The notes under the pieces: model-generated
Seen by the model: only the letters and a program-made list of their open reading frames with translations
Told to the model about the DNA's origin: nothing
Database searches by the model: none
NCBI GenBank assembly: GCA_951406725.2
Contig: OX597822.1
Coordinates: 76,942,001 to 77,006,000 of the forward strand
From: Octopus vulgaris
Lineage: Eukaryota
Direction: 5' to 3'
Length of the DNA: 64,000 bases
In this document: piece after piece, positions 41,893 through 55,862 of the stretch
Layout of the letters: the number at the start of each line of letters is the position of its first letter
How positions within the stretch are numbered: the first letter of the stretch is position 1
Program-made: the position numbers and the translations under genes

Positions 41893-44800
41893 TGAATGTA
41901 GTGAATGATGAGCAATGAATGATGAGAAACCAGGGACAGGTGATGGCTTCTAATAGGTTTGTGATTAATATATTATTTAAGAAAAGATATGGACTTATTT
42001 GTATTGTAGCAAGGAAAAAATAGTCTTTCTTTGACATATTTCTAAGATTGATTTCTGATAAAAGACAGGATTATATCTAATTTAGTTATAGTTTTAATCA
42101 TGGCTTTTCTTGTTTTTTTGGGGTTTTTTAAGTAGTCTGGTATATATTCTATTATACTCTTTTGCCAAACTGCTAAGTTACAGGGATGTAAACAAACCAA
42201 CACAGGTTGTCAAATGGGTGGGGAGGACAAATACAGACAAGAACATGCACACATATCCTCTTCCTGCTCCTCCTCATTATCATCATCATCATCTAACATC
42301 TGTCCTCCATGCTGGTATGGGTTGGAAGGTTTGACTAGAGCTGGCAAGCCAAAGAGCTGCATCAGGTTCCAATTGTCTGTTGTTTTGGCTTGGTTTCTAC
42401 AGCTAGATACCTTTCCTAATACCCAACCACTTCCCAGAGTGCATTGGTGCTTTCTATGTGGCAATGGCACCAGCCGAGTTGCCAACTCGCAAAAGAAAGA
42501 CCTCATAGTTGAAAGAAGGAATGGAAAACAGAGGGAAGAGGATGTGTGCCAGGCGAGAGGTTAGAGTATGACAGAAGGGACAAGGGTAGTTGTCTTGCTA
42601 TAGAGGAGATACTCGGCTACCCCAGTAGGACAAGGAAGGAGAGGAAAAGTGGGAGAGATTTAGGGAGAAAGATAGAGATACAGAGTGAGATTGAGAATGT
42701 GAGAGAGAGAAATAGTCAGAATATACAATCCAGTACTATGTATTATCCTAATTCATTTGTTGCCTTTCATAATCTAACTTCGTTAATTAACATTATTTAC
42801 ATTAGATGGATATTTGTCCTCATCTTGTTTGTTGTTAACACAACATTTTAGCTGATATACCTTCCAGCTTTCATTAGGTGTCTTGGGGGAATTTTGAACC
42901 TGGGATCTCATTACTAAGATATTTTTCAATGTTATTTTTATTATTATTGTTATTATTATTATTGTTATTATTATTATTCAGGTCACATTTGTCTGGTGTA
43001 CATAAAATAGATTGCAATGATTTTTCTTCTGTAAGGAAGAAGCTATACATTTATCATAGTTATTCAGTGTAATAGTTACGGCATCGTATAAATTAATGAT
43101 CAGGAACTTGTCTATAGACTGAACAAGCCATACTTATTTGGGTTAGAATTGGTATGTTGTCAAAGAACTAGAAATTAAGACACGAGTTTCATAGTTGCTA
43201 CACTGTTATTATTATTTCTTAATTCTTTCTCTCAAATGGTGTAAATCATGCCAAATAGTAACAGGAAGCGAATAAGGTAGAAGAAATTTTGGCTCACATC
43301 AGTAGCAGATAAGTTCATGCATTTACTTACACACACACATATCATATATGTATGTATGTATGTATGTATGATGAAGGCATATGGCTCAGTGGTTAGAGCG
43401 TCAGGCTTATTCATGAGGTAGTGAGTTTGATTCCTGGACCATGCTGTGTGTTGTATTCTTGAGCAAGATACTTTATTTCACGTTGCTCCAGGTCACTCAG
43501 CTGTAGAAATGAGTTGCGATGTCACTGGTGCTAAGCTGTATCGGCTTTTGCCTTTCCCTTGCTTAAAATTGGCGGCGTGGAGAAAGGAGGCTGATATGCA
43601 TGGACGGCTGCTGGCCTTCCCTAAACAACCTTGCTTGGAGTTGTCCCTCAGAGGGGAACATTCTAGGTGCAATCCCATGGTCATTCATAACCCTTCTCTT
43701 TATGTATCATCATCATCGTTTAATGTCCACCTTCCATGCTGACATTGGTTGGACCATTTGATCAGAGCTCACCATGCAGAAGACTGCACCAGACTTCTGT
43801 GTCTATTTTGGCAAGGTTTTAACTGGAGGATGCCCTTCCTAACACCAACCACTCAGCAGAGTATGCATGTGGGTGGATGGATGGATGTGTAATGCACAGC
43901 ATAGTATAAGAAGAACTAAAATAAATTTTAAAATTACAAAGCCTTAGTGTGAGTTAAATAAGAATATAAATGCATTCTTTCTGTGCTGTTGATGGGTTGA
44001 AGACAGATTGAGGGAGTTTCTTGGACTTTTGCAAGATTTAATGTAATGTTTAAGTGTGTGTGTGTGTGTTTTTAAGTGTCTATATCAAATCACCCTCATC
44101 ACTCTACTTGTGCCCCCAACCACCCATCATTTCCCCACTCATTTCAGGCATCTCTCATCTCTTCACCACATGTGATGCTCTCTAGCAACAAGGGAATTTC
44201 CACTACCACTACCACCAGGGCCCTCATCATTTTTTTTTGCCTCTAGATCCATGTATAAGAGACTGCACTGAACTGTTTACACCCAAAACCCTTGACTCCC
44301 TGCCATTCATTACTCACTCTCCCCTGGACTGCTTCTGTTGTCACCTGTTAGCTGCTCTTATTTCTGTCCACCTTTGGTATTGACCATCACTGTCTCCATC
44401 AACCTCTCATTCTAGGTTTTTATTGTTCCCCATCTTGATCATATTACCCAGCTCCCATAAGCCCTCCCTCTACAGCATTGATTCTCAACAAGGAATCCAT
44501 ATAACTCCTGGGGGTCCATATAAGATTTGAGTGGGGTAGGGTCCATGCATGCTACATAGTAAACTGGGGACCCACAGTTGTATATTAGAGCTTCCCAAAA
44601 GAGTGTTGCCTTTGATATATTCATTCTCTCCACCAAATTCATTCACAACACATTGGTCAGCCCAGCACTTAGAAGACATTTGCCCACAGTGCTGTGGAAT
44701 GAGGCTCAACTTGAAACCACAAGTGAGTTTCTTAAACACAACGTCATTCTTGAGCTGTCTAATATTAAGCATAAGTTGCAAACCTTTTACACATAACAAA

Positions 44801-46021
44801 GAACTACTGGAAAAGGCAAGCTGTCTCAGTATGAAAGCTCATCTCACCAAATACTATCTGTAATGAGTTGTTTCTTGGGGTGGGGGTATGTAATTCCTTA
44901 GCTCATACGCTATAAATGATCCCAATATCTGGTATACAAAGATCTGCGTGACCTTCTTCAGGTTTAAAGGATGATGAACGAAACATGATGCTTTCCTTCA
45001 CAACCTTGCTATCAAGCAGGCAACCAGTCAAAATTAATTCTAAATAGAATAGTAAAAAATACATGAAAATACATGGCTGTGTGATAAGGAGCTTCATGTA
45101 CTTCCGCACCATAAGGTTCTGGGTTCAGTCCCACTGCATGACACCTTGGGGAAGTGTCTTTCACTTTAGCTTTTGGCTGACCAAAGCTTTGTGAGTGGAT
45201 TCGGTAGACAGAAACTGAAAGAAGCCCATCATGTGTTTGTGCGTCACCTACCTCACTGTTTGATAACTGGTGTTGGTATGTTTATGTCCCTATAAGTTAG
45301 CAGTTCAGTAAAGAAAAAAGACCAATAGAATAGGCACCAGACCTTAAAAAAATAAGTACTAAGATCGATTCATTCAACCAAAAGATTCTTGAAGGCACTG
45401 CCCCAGCATGGCCACAGTCTAACAACTGAAGCACATGCGTGTATGTGTGTCAGATTGTTCATACTTCCCCTCCCCTTCACACACTTGTGTAGCAACTGTA
45501 AATAAAAGGTCTCCTCATTCACATAGTGATTATCATTTGCTTGCAACACACCATTATTGCACAGTCCAGGCGTTTTTGGCATGTCTTGACATGTTGGTGT
45601 CCTGTAGACAAAAGCATCACAGTGTCATTTATTTTCAGTTTTCTCTAAGAGTATATCTGAACTTCTCATCAATGAGCAGGCTTATGGATTATTACTTTGT
45701 TAGGAAACCTGCTCAGGTTAGCATCAAGAAGAAATCTAGCGGTAGAGAACTACTGAAATATAGTCATGTCTGATCCATGTCAGGTGGGAAAGTAGTCATT
45801 AGAACAATGATGATGAGAGAGAGACGTGGGTATGCATGTAGAAGTGCTTGTTTATATGCATGCTTGTATGTAGTGTGCATGGGAACAGGCAAGAAGTTCG
45901 AAGCTACTCAATGCTTAAGGGCAAGAGTTATTTAGGGTTAGAATTTCAAAATCAGGAATGTGGAAATCAAATAATTATAGGCAAGCTGCCAGCCAGAATA
46001 ACCAGATCGAGACTCATACAT

Positions 46022-46077
<56 letters not shown>

Positions 46078-46080
<3 letters not shown>

Positions 46081-46284
46081 AATCCAAACAAGAAAGCACA
46101 AAAAAACAACAACGTGAGGACGTGGAACAAATATAGTATTATTGGACGCTCAGGAAAGAAGGAGGGTTTAACGTTTTGAGCGGAGCTCTTCGTTGGAAAC
46201 ATAGGAGAAGGAAAGATCCAGAGAAGGGAAGACAGAGGAAAAAAAAAAAATCGCCAATGGTACACACGCGGTCACATTTTGAAA

Positions 46285-46285
<1 letters not shown>
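46078..46285 (-). mobile_element. Penelope-type fragment with a degenerate minimal hammerhead, inserted in a microsatellite
   Basis: 46200->46166 reads GUUU-CCAACGA-A-GAGC-UCC-GCUC-AAAACGUU-AAAC, the same architecture as the 55863 motif but with core substitutions. Confidence 0.5.
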
Positions 46286-46315
<30 letters not shown>

Positions 46316-48085
46316 CACGTGATCACGTGACGTGATATATATATATATATATATATGCTGGTATATCAGCATTATCATCATTATCGCTTAACATCTGTTT
46401 TCTATGTGGGTATGGGTCGCATGGCTTGACAGGAGCTGGTAAGTCTGGAAATCATACCAGATTCCATTATCAGTTTTGGCAAGGGTTTTACAACTGCATT
46501 CCTTTCCTAATGTCACCACTTTACAGGTACTTTTTTTTTACACAGCACCATCACCAACACTTTTTTACATGGCACCAGTACTATCACTGTGATATATAAT
46601 CCTACATTCATTTTCTCCCCTTGCAATTTCTGGAAGCAGAGTCCTCAGGCACTTTCTCTATAGGGTCCTATCAGAAGCAACCACCATTGTTTCCTTGTTA
46701 GATTCTCAAGGATGACCAATTGATAGTATGGATATCATACAGCCATCTCTTTCGAGGTCTACCCCTAAGTCCCCTGCCAGTTGTCTTTTCCTCCAAGCGT
46801 ATTATGTAGCACCACCAAGACCAGGAGAATGGTTGCACTTATTCTTAAGGTGATGTCACAGTATTACAGATGTAAGATGCATAGTTGTTACGGAATTTGG
46901 CGTTAGAGATGGTACATCTTGGTTTTCCCTGCATAGCACTCTTCTCTTCTGTGGGTTGATTTTTGCTGCATTCTTACATTCAAGAATAAAATAAAAAAGA
47001 CATATAGGGTTCAGGCATAACTGTGTACGACAAAGATTGCTTCCCAACTGAATGGTTCCAGGTTCAACCACTCTGTTTGGTACCTTCGGCAAATGTCTTA
47101 TGATATAAGTGACATGTCAACCAAAGCTTTGTGAGTGGGTTTTGGTAGATGGAAGCTGAAAGAACCCTGTCATTGTTTATATATAACCCCAACCGTGCTG
47201 CAGAGAACCTTGCCTTGCCAAGTAAGTCCATAGTCATGGCTGGTGCAGGGGTTTTGTAACTGGCACCCATGCTGGTGGCATGTATGAAGCCCCCACTACA
47301 CTCTTGGAGTGATTGGCGAAGGCGTCCAGCTGTAGAAACCATTCCAAATCAGACTGGAACCTTGTGCAGCATGCAAGATTTCAATTAAACACATTCCAAC
47401 AAGCAAAAAGGTTAATTGATTATATGTACGTATGTGTGTGTGTGTATATTTGCATATATATACGTAGCCTTCACGGAAATAGCTATATGTGTTTAGTATG
47501 TGTACATATATGTATATTGATATCACAGAATGTGTGTGTATTCATGCGTAACATAATGAGAATTAATTTTACGGGTGTTAAATAAGGGAGGTAACTTTGA
47601 ACACCTAGATTACTCTCTTGTCAAGGGAGACCACTCTGTCTATAGCTAAAATTTACAGAGAAAGCACTGATTGATATTTACACACACACATCGTTTTAAC
47701 ATTTTACTTGTTTGTCGTTCGAGTGCAGCCACGCCGTGGCACCACTTTGAAATTGATCCCATTAGTTATATATATCTTTAAAGCCTGGTACTTAGTCTAT
47801 CAATCACTTATGTCGAGCTTTTAAGTTACGAAAACGTAACAAAAACAACGCTTTGAGAAGAGAAGATATATGGACTGCCATTTTGAACTAATACCGCTTC
47901 CATCGCTAATAAATACATGCATACACTTGCATACCTAGAGGTGGAGACAGAGGGAGCAGTCTGCTCCAGGTGGCACTTTTATTGCGGCGGCACCACTTTT
48001 GGATCTGCTGAAGGGAATTTATTTTTTGTGGGGGCAGCAAACTGAAGGGCCACTTTGGGTGACACTCGTTCTAGCTACACTACTG

Positions 48086-48127
<42 letters not shown>

Positions 48128-48247
48128 TGTATATGTATACACACATATACAACCATAATTTGCAACTTTTTACTCCTTATCTTCACCTAGCACCCCTCCC
48201 TATTCGCAACCACAACTAATCTGTCTTTTTTTTTTTTTTACCTACAG

Positions 48248-48396
48248 GAGGGATGCCTGATATTGTTCACCATACAAGGCGGAGGTTCACTTCTGGTTTC
48301 CATGGCTGCCTCACTGACTTCACGCTGGGAACTGACCTGAAAGTCGACTTGGTAGAGCAAGCTGATGTTGGACAGAATGTTTGGCAGTGTTCTTAA
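48248..48396 (+). CDS. EGFLAM: Pikachurin/EGFLAM-like terminal coding exon with stop
   Basis: Poly-T tract cctacag|GA. GMPDIVHHTRRRFTSGFHGCLTDFTLGTDLKVDLVEQADVGQNVWQCS*, TAA at 48394-48396. Resembles the pikachurin C-terminus (GC...FTL.TD....LVE.A..G.N...C). Confidence 0.92.
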
Positions 48397-49584
48397 AGGG
48401 AACAATTATTTTACATGCTACAAATTTGATCATCCTGTAAAATCAATTTTAAAAAAACAAAAAAAAAAACAATACCATATTACATCAGACATCAGTCAGC
48501 TTGCATATATATATATACACGGATATATATATTTCATCTTATATAGTATAGTTTCTGTTGTATGGAAAGACAACAGTTAAATATTTAAAAAAAAAAAAAG
48601 AAAATAACACCCACCACCAACGTAATCTAAAAAAAAATATATGATTTAATATAAATGAAAGATTAAAGAATGGTCAACTGAATATTCTAGAACAATTTAA
48701 AGTGAGCTATATTTATGAAAGATTAAATCGAAAGATATAAAAATGACGAAAAAAATAATAAAAAATGAAATTAAAAAATTTTTTAAAAATTGTTTTTTTT
48801 TATTTAGATAAAATTTTTTTATTAATGAATTATATTAATAAATCAAAGATTCATATCAGCTATGTACCGATTCCATTGCTGATTTCTTTTGTGAATCTGG
48901 ATTATTTTATTTTATTTGGCTTTGATATATATATATATGTGTGCATGTTTTTGTATTGTGTATATGTGTCTGTATCTGTAACGTATGTAGATGTGTTAAG
49001 GTGGTGAACTCACAGAATTGTTAACATGTTGGGAAAATGCTTTGCGACATTTTGTCTGTCCTAACATTCTGAGTTTAAATTCTGCCTAGGTTGACTTTGC
49101 CTTTCATCCCTTTGGCGGGGTTGATAGAACAAGCACCAGTTGAACGCTGGGGTTTTGATGTAATGGACTTAACCCCTCTCCAAAATTGCTGGCCTTGTGC
49201 CGAAATTTGAAACTACTATATGTGTGTGTGTGTTGTTTTAATGAAATTGTCCATGTTGTGCTGTCTAGTGTAACTTCATAAACACACTGTACTGAATATA
49301 TTTATAATGAAAATATGTGTGTGTGTGTGTGTATACATGTATAAGTTCGTTGGAAGATGCAGGAGGAACAGAAGTCAATAAATAAAAGCAGATGCATTCT
49401 ATATTTGGCTGCACAAGTGACTGAAAAGTCGATATAATTGTGTGTTACATGAAATTCTTGACTCCAGTAATTTATGTAACTATGCATCTGAATATAAAAT
49501 GTGTGTGTTTATGTAGGTGTATACAAGTATATACGATTGTATGTGTGTGTGTATATATATATACATACATATATGTGTGCCTGT

Positions 49585-49624
<40 letters not shown>

Positions 49625-50357
49625 GTAAATATATGCCTGTATATATATGAATATATATATATATATGTGAGTATATATGGGTATATATATGAATATATAT
49701 ATGTGTGAGTATATATATGAATATATATATGTGTGAGTATATATATGAATATATATATGTGAGTATATATGAATATATATATATATATGAGTATATATAT
49801 GACTATATGTTACTTAGTGATCAAGTTACATAGACACACACATGTAATATACATACATATAAAATACATACATAAATAAATAGAATAATAAATGAGATGA
49901 GAAATGAGGAAAGCTGCTAACAATGCAGAAATCAAAGTTTAAAAACCTTTATATTTTGGGCACCACTGCCCATCTTCAGAAGGATACAAAGAAATGTGTT
50001 TCTGTAGACAAACCTTCTGAAGACAGGCCTTTGACGCTCAAATATTATGATTATTTAAACTTTCATTTCTTCATTTTTAGGAGCTTTCTTCATTATTTTA
50101 TTTCATTTATTATTCTATTTCTGTACACATATACACAAACACACGTGTATATGAGTGCATGCTTGTATTTGTGTGTGTTCATTATTATATCAATCAGTAA
50201 ATAAATTGTAAATGATTTTCTGAATGCAAAATTAAAACAAAATTGTCAAGCACAGTTAAATCAAGAACCTCTGCCAACTGAAGAGTTTCTTACAATTTTT
50301 TTACTTCTTATTTTAATTCCAAGCTGATCAATAATGTTCATACAACATATCTTAGCT

Positions 50358-50401
<44 letters not shown>

Positions 50402-50554
50402 TTATACACCAACATACAAATGTATGGACATTTTATATATGTTTGTGCGTGTGTGTATTTATATATATATATATACAAACACACATACATTTATACATAC
50501 ACATATATATATATACATATATACACACACATATACATATATACACACACACAC

Positions 50555-50585
<31 letters not shown>

Positions 50586-50724
50586 TTTACATATACACAC
50601 ACATACATACATACACATATATATACACACACATATATGTATACGTACACATATATACACACACATATCTATATATATATGTACACATACACATTATATA
50701 TATATATACTTATGTATATGAAAT

Positions 50725-50758
<34 letters not shown>

Positions 50759-51277
50759 CACAGTATAAGTCTTGCCGACGTTCACCAACTCCAGTCTCTT
50801 TAGAGTCTATTCAGATATTGTTATATATATGTGTGTGTGTGTGTATGTATATATATATGATTAGACCATTCTTGTGTGTATACTGTATGAAATTACTGTA
50901 ATATTGCAATTGTCTGTCTGAAACTATTTTAGTAGAATTTGGTGCTGGAGTGATATCGGAATGATATCACATAGAACTGATTTACTTTTCTTTCCTCCAA
51001 ATCTTAATTGTATTGCTTAACAAATATGGTTTAATCTACAAAGAATATCTAGAGACAAATAAGGAAATGGATTCAAAGAACATTTTTATCATTTGAGAGA
51101 AAAAGGTCGAGAATGTTGAATGAGATGCACATGGTAGACAGTGAGGGATTCTGTGATTTAATGAAGATATGCATGTGTATTTTTTAATGAATGAATGCGT
51201 GAATGTTTGTATGCATGTAGGTATATATAAACACAATTATATATATATGTGTGTGGGTGTGTATATATATATATATA

Positions 51278-51441
51278 TAATTATTATTAAAATTATAATT
51301 GAGGGTATCTAAGAGATAACACCACGCTCGATATAGCAGCCAAAACTTGACTCTAAAACCACATGTGGTTTTAGAGTCAAGTTTTGGCTGCTATGTCTAG
51401 CATGATGGTATCTCAGATATCCTTAATTTTAATAATAATTA
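51278..51441. repeat. Palindrome with a 62-bp perfect loopless core
   Basis: 51333-51363 is the exact reverse complement of 51364-51394; imperfect outer arms. Confidence 0.95.
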
Positions 51442-51538
51442 TTACCTTTGAGGGTTTTATTCCCATACTGGCCACCTGATAGGATCGCTATTTTAAATAA
51501 CGCTCTTATCCTTATTTATATAAATTTATATCAAATGC

Positions 51539-51576
<38 letters not shown>

Positions 51577-51597
51577 ACGTGTGTGTATGTTTGTATG

Positions 51598-51636
<39 letters not shown>

Positions 51637-51650
51637 ACACACACCTATGA

Positions 51651-51681
<31 letters not shown>

Positions 51682-52477
51682 TATACACACAAATATATAA
51701 ATATATGAATATATATACATATATATGTACACACATATGAATTTGTATATACATATATATATGCACATATACGTGTGTGTGCATGTGCGTGCGTGTGTAT
51801 GTATGTGTATATATATATATTTATATACTTTCATATAGATAAATGCATGCATACCTATACATAACATAAGTATATGTATATATGTATGTGTGTGTGTGTG
51901 TGTGTGTGTGTATGAAGATATGTATGTACATACATGTATGTTTAGTTGTATTATCTGAAAGGTGAGATGAACTACTCTGATTAAAATGATAAAACACAGC
52001 ATTTTAATGTGAAAATAAAAAGCCGTTATTCCCCATTCCCCAGAATTAAAATGAACAGTAGTAGTAGTAGTAATAAAAGTAATAATGATAATAATAATAA
52101 TAAAGTAATTAAACTATATTTACTTACTGGAACATTTCCTTTCTATTTTGGTTGTGTTTTTCTGGGGTTTTTTTAATATATTATTTTATTATTGAAAAAA
52201 TATAGCAAAATATTTTGGTTCTTTTTTGTTTTGTTATTCAACATCTGATAAACAAAGAGCTATCTAATAAGGAACAATTGTGTGGGGGAAGGGAGGTGGG
52301 GTAAAGGAATGGTCAAAGTTTTTTTTTTTTCAGAAATCTTAGTTGTTAAGGAGCCAAATATTTACCAGTCTCACCAATAACGGTAACTTCTACACGAATA
52401 TATGTACACCATACAAACACACACGGACATACTTCTGCAGACATACACATATACATAGACGTGTAAAGATATATGTA

Positions 52478-52517
<40 letters not shown>

Positions 52518-52878
52518 CATTCACACACGCACACATACATACATAGAGACACTATTTTTTTTATGTTGGTTTCCTTTACATATAAATATATGTATGTATA
52601 TACAACATACACACATGTATTTACATGTACGTATAATAAAACTATACTTGCACATTGACACACAAACATTATATACACATACACATGCATGAATACACAC
52701 ACACATGTGCATGAATACACTCACACACACACATGCACTCACACATGTACACACATGCACATATGCATACATACGCACACACACATGCACACACACACGA
52801 ATATATACATATTTATATGTGTATATACATGCATGATATGTATGAAAATATTTATTCATACATGGTCGTTATTACCTT

Positions 52879-52912
<34 letters not shown>

Positions 52913-53287
52913 CATACATATATACACACATATATATATACACACATATATATATACACACATATATACACATATATATATATATACACTGCTTTACCTA
53001 CAAACACAACCTTATACGCATATACACACACCAAAACACGTACATGCAGACAAACATACTTGTGTACTCATTTAGGAAAATTTTTTATATTTTTTTTATT
53101 TGTTTCCATTTTCATATTTCTTTTCATGTAATAATCTTCTGGGTTTTTTTTTTCTTTTTAAGTTACTTGAATTTATCATGAAAGAATCTATATAACGAAC
53201 AACTACACGTAATAGAAGTTCTTGTACTAATAAAAAAGACTATGACATAAAATTCTCTCGCTGTCTCTTCTGTTTTTTTTTTTTCCT

Positions 53288-53490
53288 TGTAATATAAAGA
53301 AGACTTTGTAATAAATAACACTGTAATGAAGTATTTATGTAATGAAAGACTATGTAATGATAGTCTTTGTGTAATAACATTCTCCATGTAATAAATATCT
53401 CTCTATGTAATGAAATCTTTATGTAATGAAAGACTGTAATAAATAAATAAAAGTTGTCAACAAGACTTTTGTTTTTGTTTGTTTTTTTAA
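53288..53490 (+). terminator. Probable cleavage/polyadenylation site of the pikachurin-like gene (implies ~5 kb 3'UTR)
   Basis: Ten TGTA(AT) motifs, overlapping AATAAA hexamers at 53438-53451, CA dinucleotides near 53458-53462, then a GT/T-rich element (gactttt gtttttgttt gtttttt). Assignment to this gene is inference. Confidence 0.6.
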
Positions 53491-53787
53491 TCTACAATGA
53501 TGTTGAAACACTGAATGCTCCAGAATTCCTTGTACTAATGAATTGAGTGTGTTATGAACACATGTTTGTTGTGAAAGAGAAGTTGTTCTCTTCCTGTGAC
53601 AAACACAACAGTGATTAGCGTATTTACATCTGAATCTTCCGAAACTTGTTTGTTTTGAATTTTCACACAAGGCCAGCAGTTCAGTAGAAGGGGGTGAGTT
53701 GGTTACATTGATTCCAGGGCTCAACTAGCATTTATTTTATCAAAGTGTTAAGACCGATTCTTTTGGTGGTTCAAAGCACTTGTAGAA

Positions 53788-54660
53788 GTGTCACGTAAAA
53801 GTGCCTGTGCAATGTTGTGTAAAAGTGCTTGTGTGGTGCCATGTAAAGTGCCTGTGCAGTGTCACATTAAGGTGCCAGTGCGGTTTCAGGTAAAAGTGCC
53901 TGTGCGGTGTCACGTAAAAGTGTCTGCGCGGTGTCACGTAAAAGTGTCTGCGCGGTGTCACGTAAATGAGCCTGCGCGGTGTCACGTAAATGAGCCTGCA
54001 CGGTGTCACGTAAAAGTGCCTGCGCGGTGTCACGTAAAAGTCCCTGTGCGGTGTCACGTAAAAGTGCCTGTGCGGTGTCATGTAAAAGTGCCTGTGCGGT
54101 GTCACGTAATAGTGCCTGCGCGGTGTCACATGAAAGTGCCTGTGTGGTGTCACTTAAAAATGACTGTGCAGTGTCACTTAAAAATGACTGTGCAGTGTCA
54201 CGTAAAAGTGCCTGTGCAATATCACGTAAAAGTGCCTGTGCAGTGTCACGTAAAAGTGCCTGTACAGTGTCATGTAAAAGTGCCTGTGCGATGTCACGTA
54301 AAGTGCCTGTGCAGTGTCACATAAAAGTGCCTGTGTAGTGTCACGTAAAAGTGCCTGTGCAGTGTCACGTAAAAGTGCCTGTGCAGTGTCACGTAAAAGT
54401 GCCTGTGCAGTGTCACGTAAAAGTGCCTGTGCAGTGTCACGTAAAAGTGCCTGTGCAGTGTCACGTAAAAGTGCCTGTGCAGTGTCATGTAAAAGTGCCT
54501 GCGCAGTGTCACGTAAAAGTGCCTGTGCAGTGTCACGTAAAAGTGCCTGTGCGGTGTCACATAAAAGTTTCTGCGCGGTGTCACATTAAAGTGCCTATGC
54601 AGTGTCACATTAAAATGCCTGTGCAGTGCCACATAAAAGTGCTTGTGTGGTGCTTTGTAA
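53788..54660 (+). repeat. 24-bp minisatellite (~36 copies) leading into a family C tail
   Basis: Unit gtgtcacgtaaaagtgcctgtgc(a/g), no spacers, running into gttggcattaggaagggcatccag. Confidence 0.95.
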
Positions 54661-55060
54661 AATCCCCCAGCTCACCCTGTAAAGTAGTTGGCATTAGGAA
54701 GGGCATCCAGCCATAGAAACCATGACAAATTGGACTGGAGCTGGGTGCAGCTCCTCAGCTTGCCAGCTCTGGTCAAACTGTCCAACCTATGCCAGCATGG
54801 GCAACAGACATTAAATGATGATAATGGTGACCACAAAAGATGGAAGGTAAAATCAGCCTTAATTTAATTTGAACTCGGGATATACAGATGTAATGCCGTT
54901 GAGCACTTTACCCATTGTGCTAACAATTCTGCCAGCTCACCACCCTAATCTGCTGAAAAATATGGGTTTCAAATTTTGGCACAAGGCCAGCAATTTCAGG
55001 AATAGGGAGTGAGTCAGTTTTATGAATCCCTGTTCTCAACTGGCATTTATTTTTAATTGA

Positions 55061-55473
55061 CTCTTTAACTCTTTTACTTGTTTCAGTCATTTGACTGTGG
55101 CCATGCTGAAGCACTGCCTTTAGTCAAGCACAATCGACCCCAGGACTTATTCTTTGTAAGCCTAGTACTTATTCTATCGGTCTCTCTTGCCAAACCGCTA
55201 AGTGACGGGGACCTAAACACACCAGCATCGGTTGTCAAGCAATGCTGGGGAGACAAACACAGACACACAAACATATACACACACACATACATACATACAT
55301 ATATATACATATACACGACAGGCTTATTTCAGTTTCCGTCTACCAAATCCACTCACAAGGCTTTGGTCGGCCCGAGGCTATAGTAGAAGACACTTGCCCA
55401 AGGTGCCACACAGTGGGAATGAACCTTCAACCATATGGTTCATAAGCAAGCTACTTACCACACAGCCACTCCT
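55061..55473 (-). mobile_element. SINE family A copy
   Basis: Full-length reverse-complement match. Confidence 0.88.
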
Positions 55474-55862
55474 CCAAAAAGATGAAAGGCAAAATTGACC
55501 TCAATGGAATTTGATCTCAGTGCATGCAGAAGGACAAAATGTCACTTAGCACTTTACCTAGCATGCTAACAATTCTGCCAGCTTGCTGCCTGAATCTCCA
55601 TAAACATGTTAAGATGAATATGTTAAGTTACTATTTACATCATTTACATTATTTACATTTGACGGATATGCCATATGCCTGTGGGCTTTTTGTTTTTTAT
55701 TCTTAATTTTTATTTTTTTAGATGTAGTTTCTCTATATTTCTCCATTGAAGTCTAATCTCGGTTCTGTACTGATTACATAATACAGTTCTATATTTAAGA
55801 GATGAGAAATTATGTTCATTATTTACAATTGATGGATATTTGTCCTTATCTTGTTTGTTGTT

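Noticed and set aside
53788-54660. CRISPR-like array, or Cys/His-rich repeat protein (VQCHVKVP)n
   Set aside because: Units are contiguous with no unique spacers and no cas genes, in a eukaryotic context. The ORFs follow from the 24-bp period and show frameshifts; the array is part of a retroposon.
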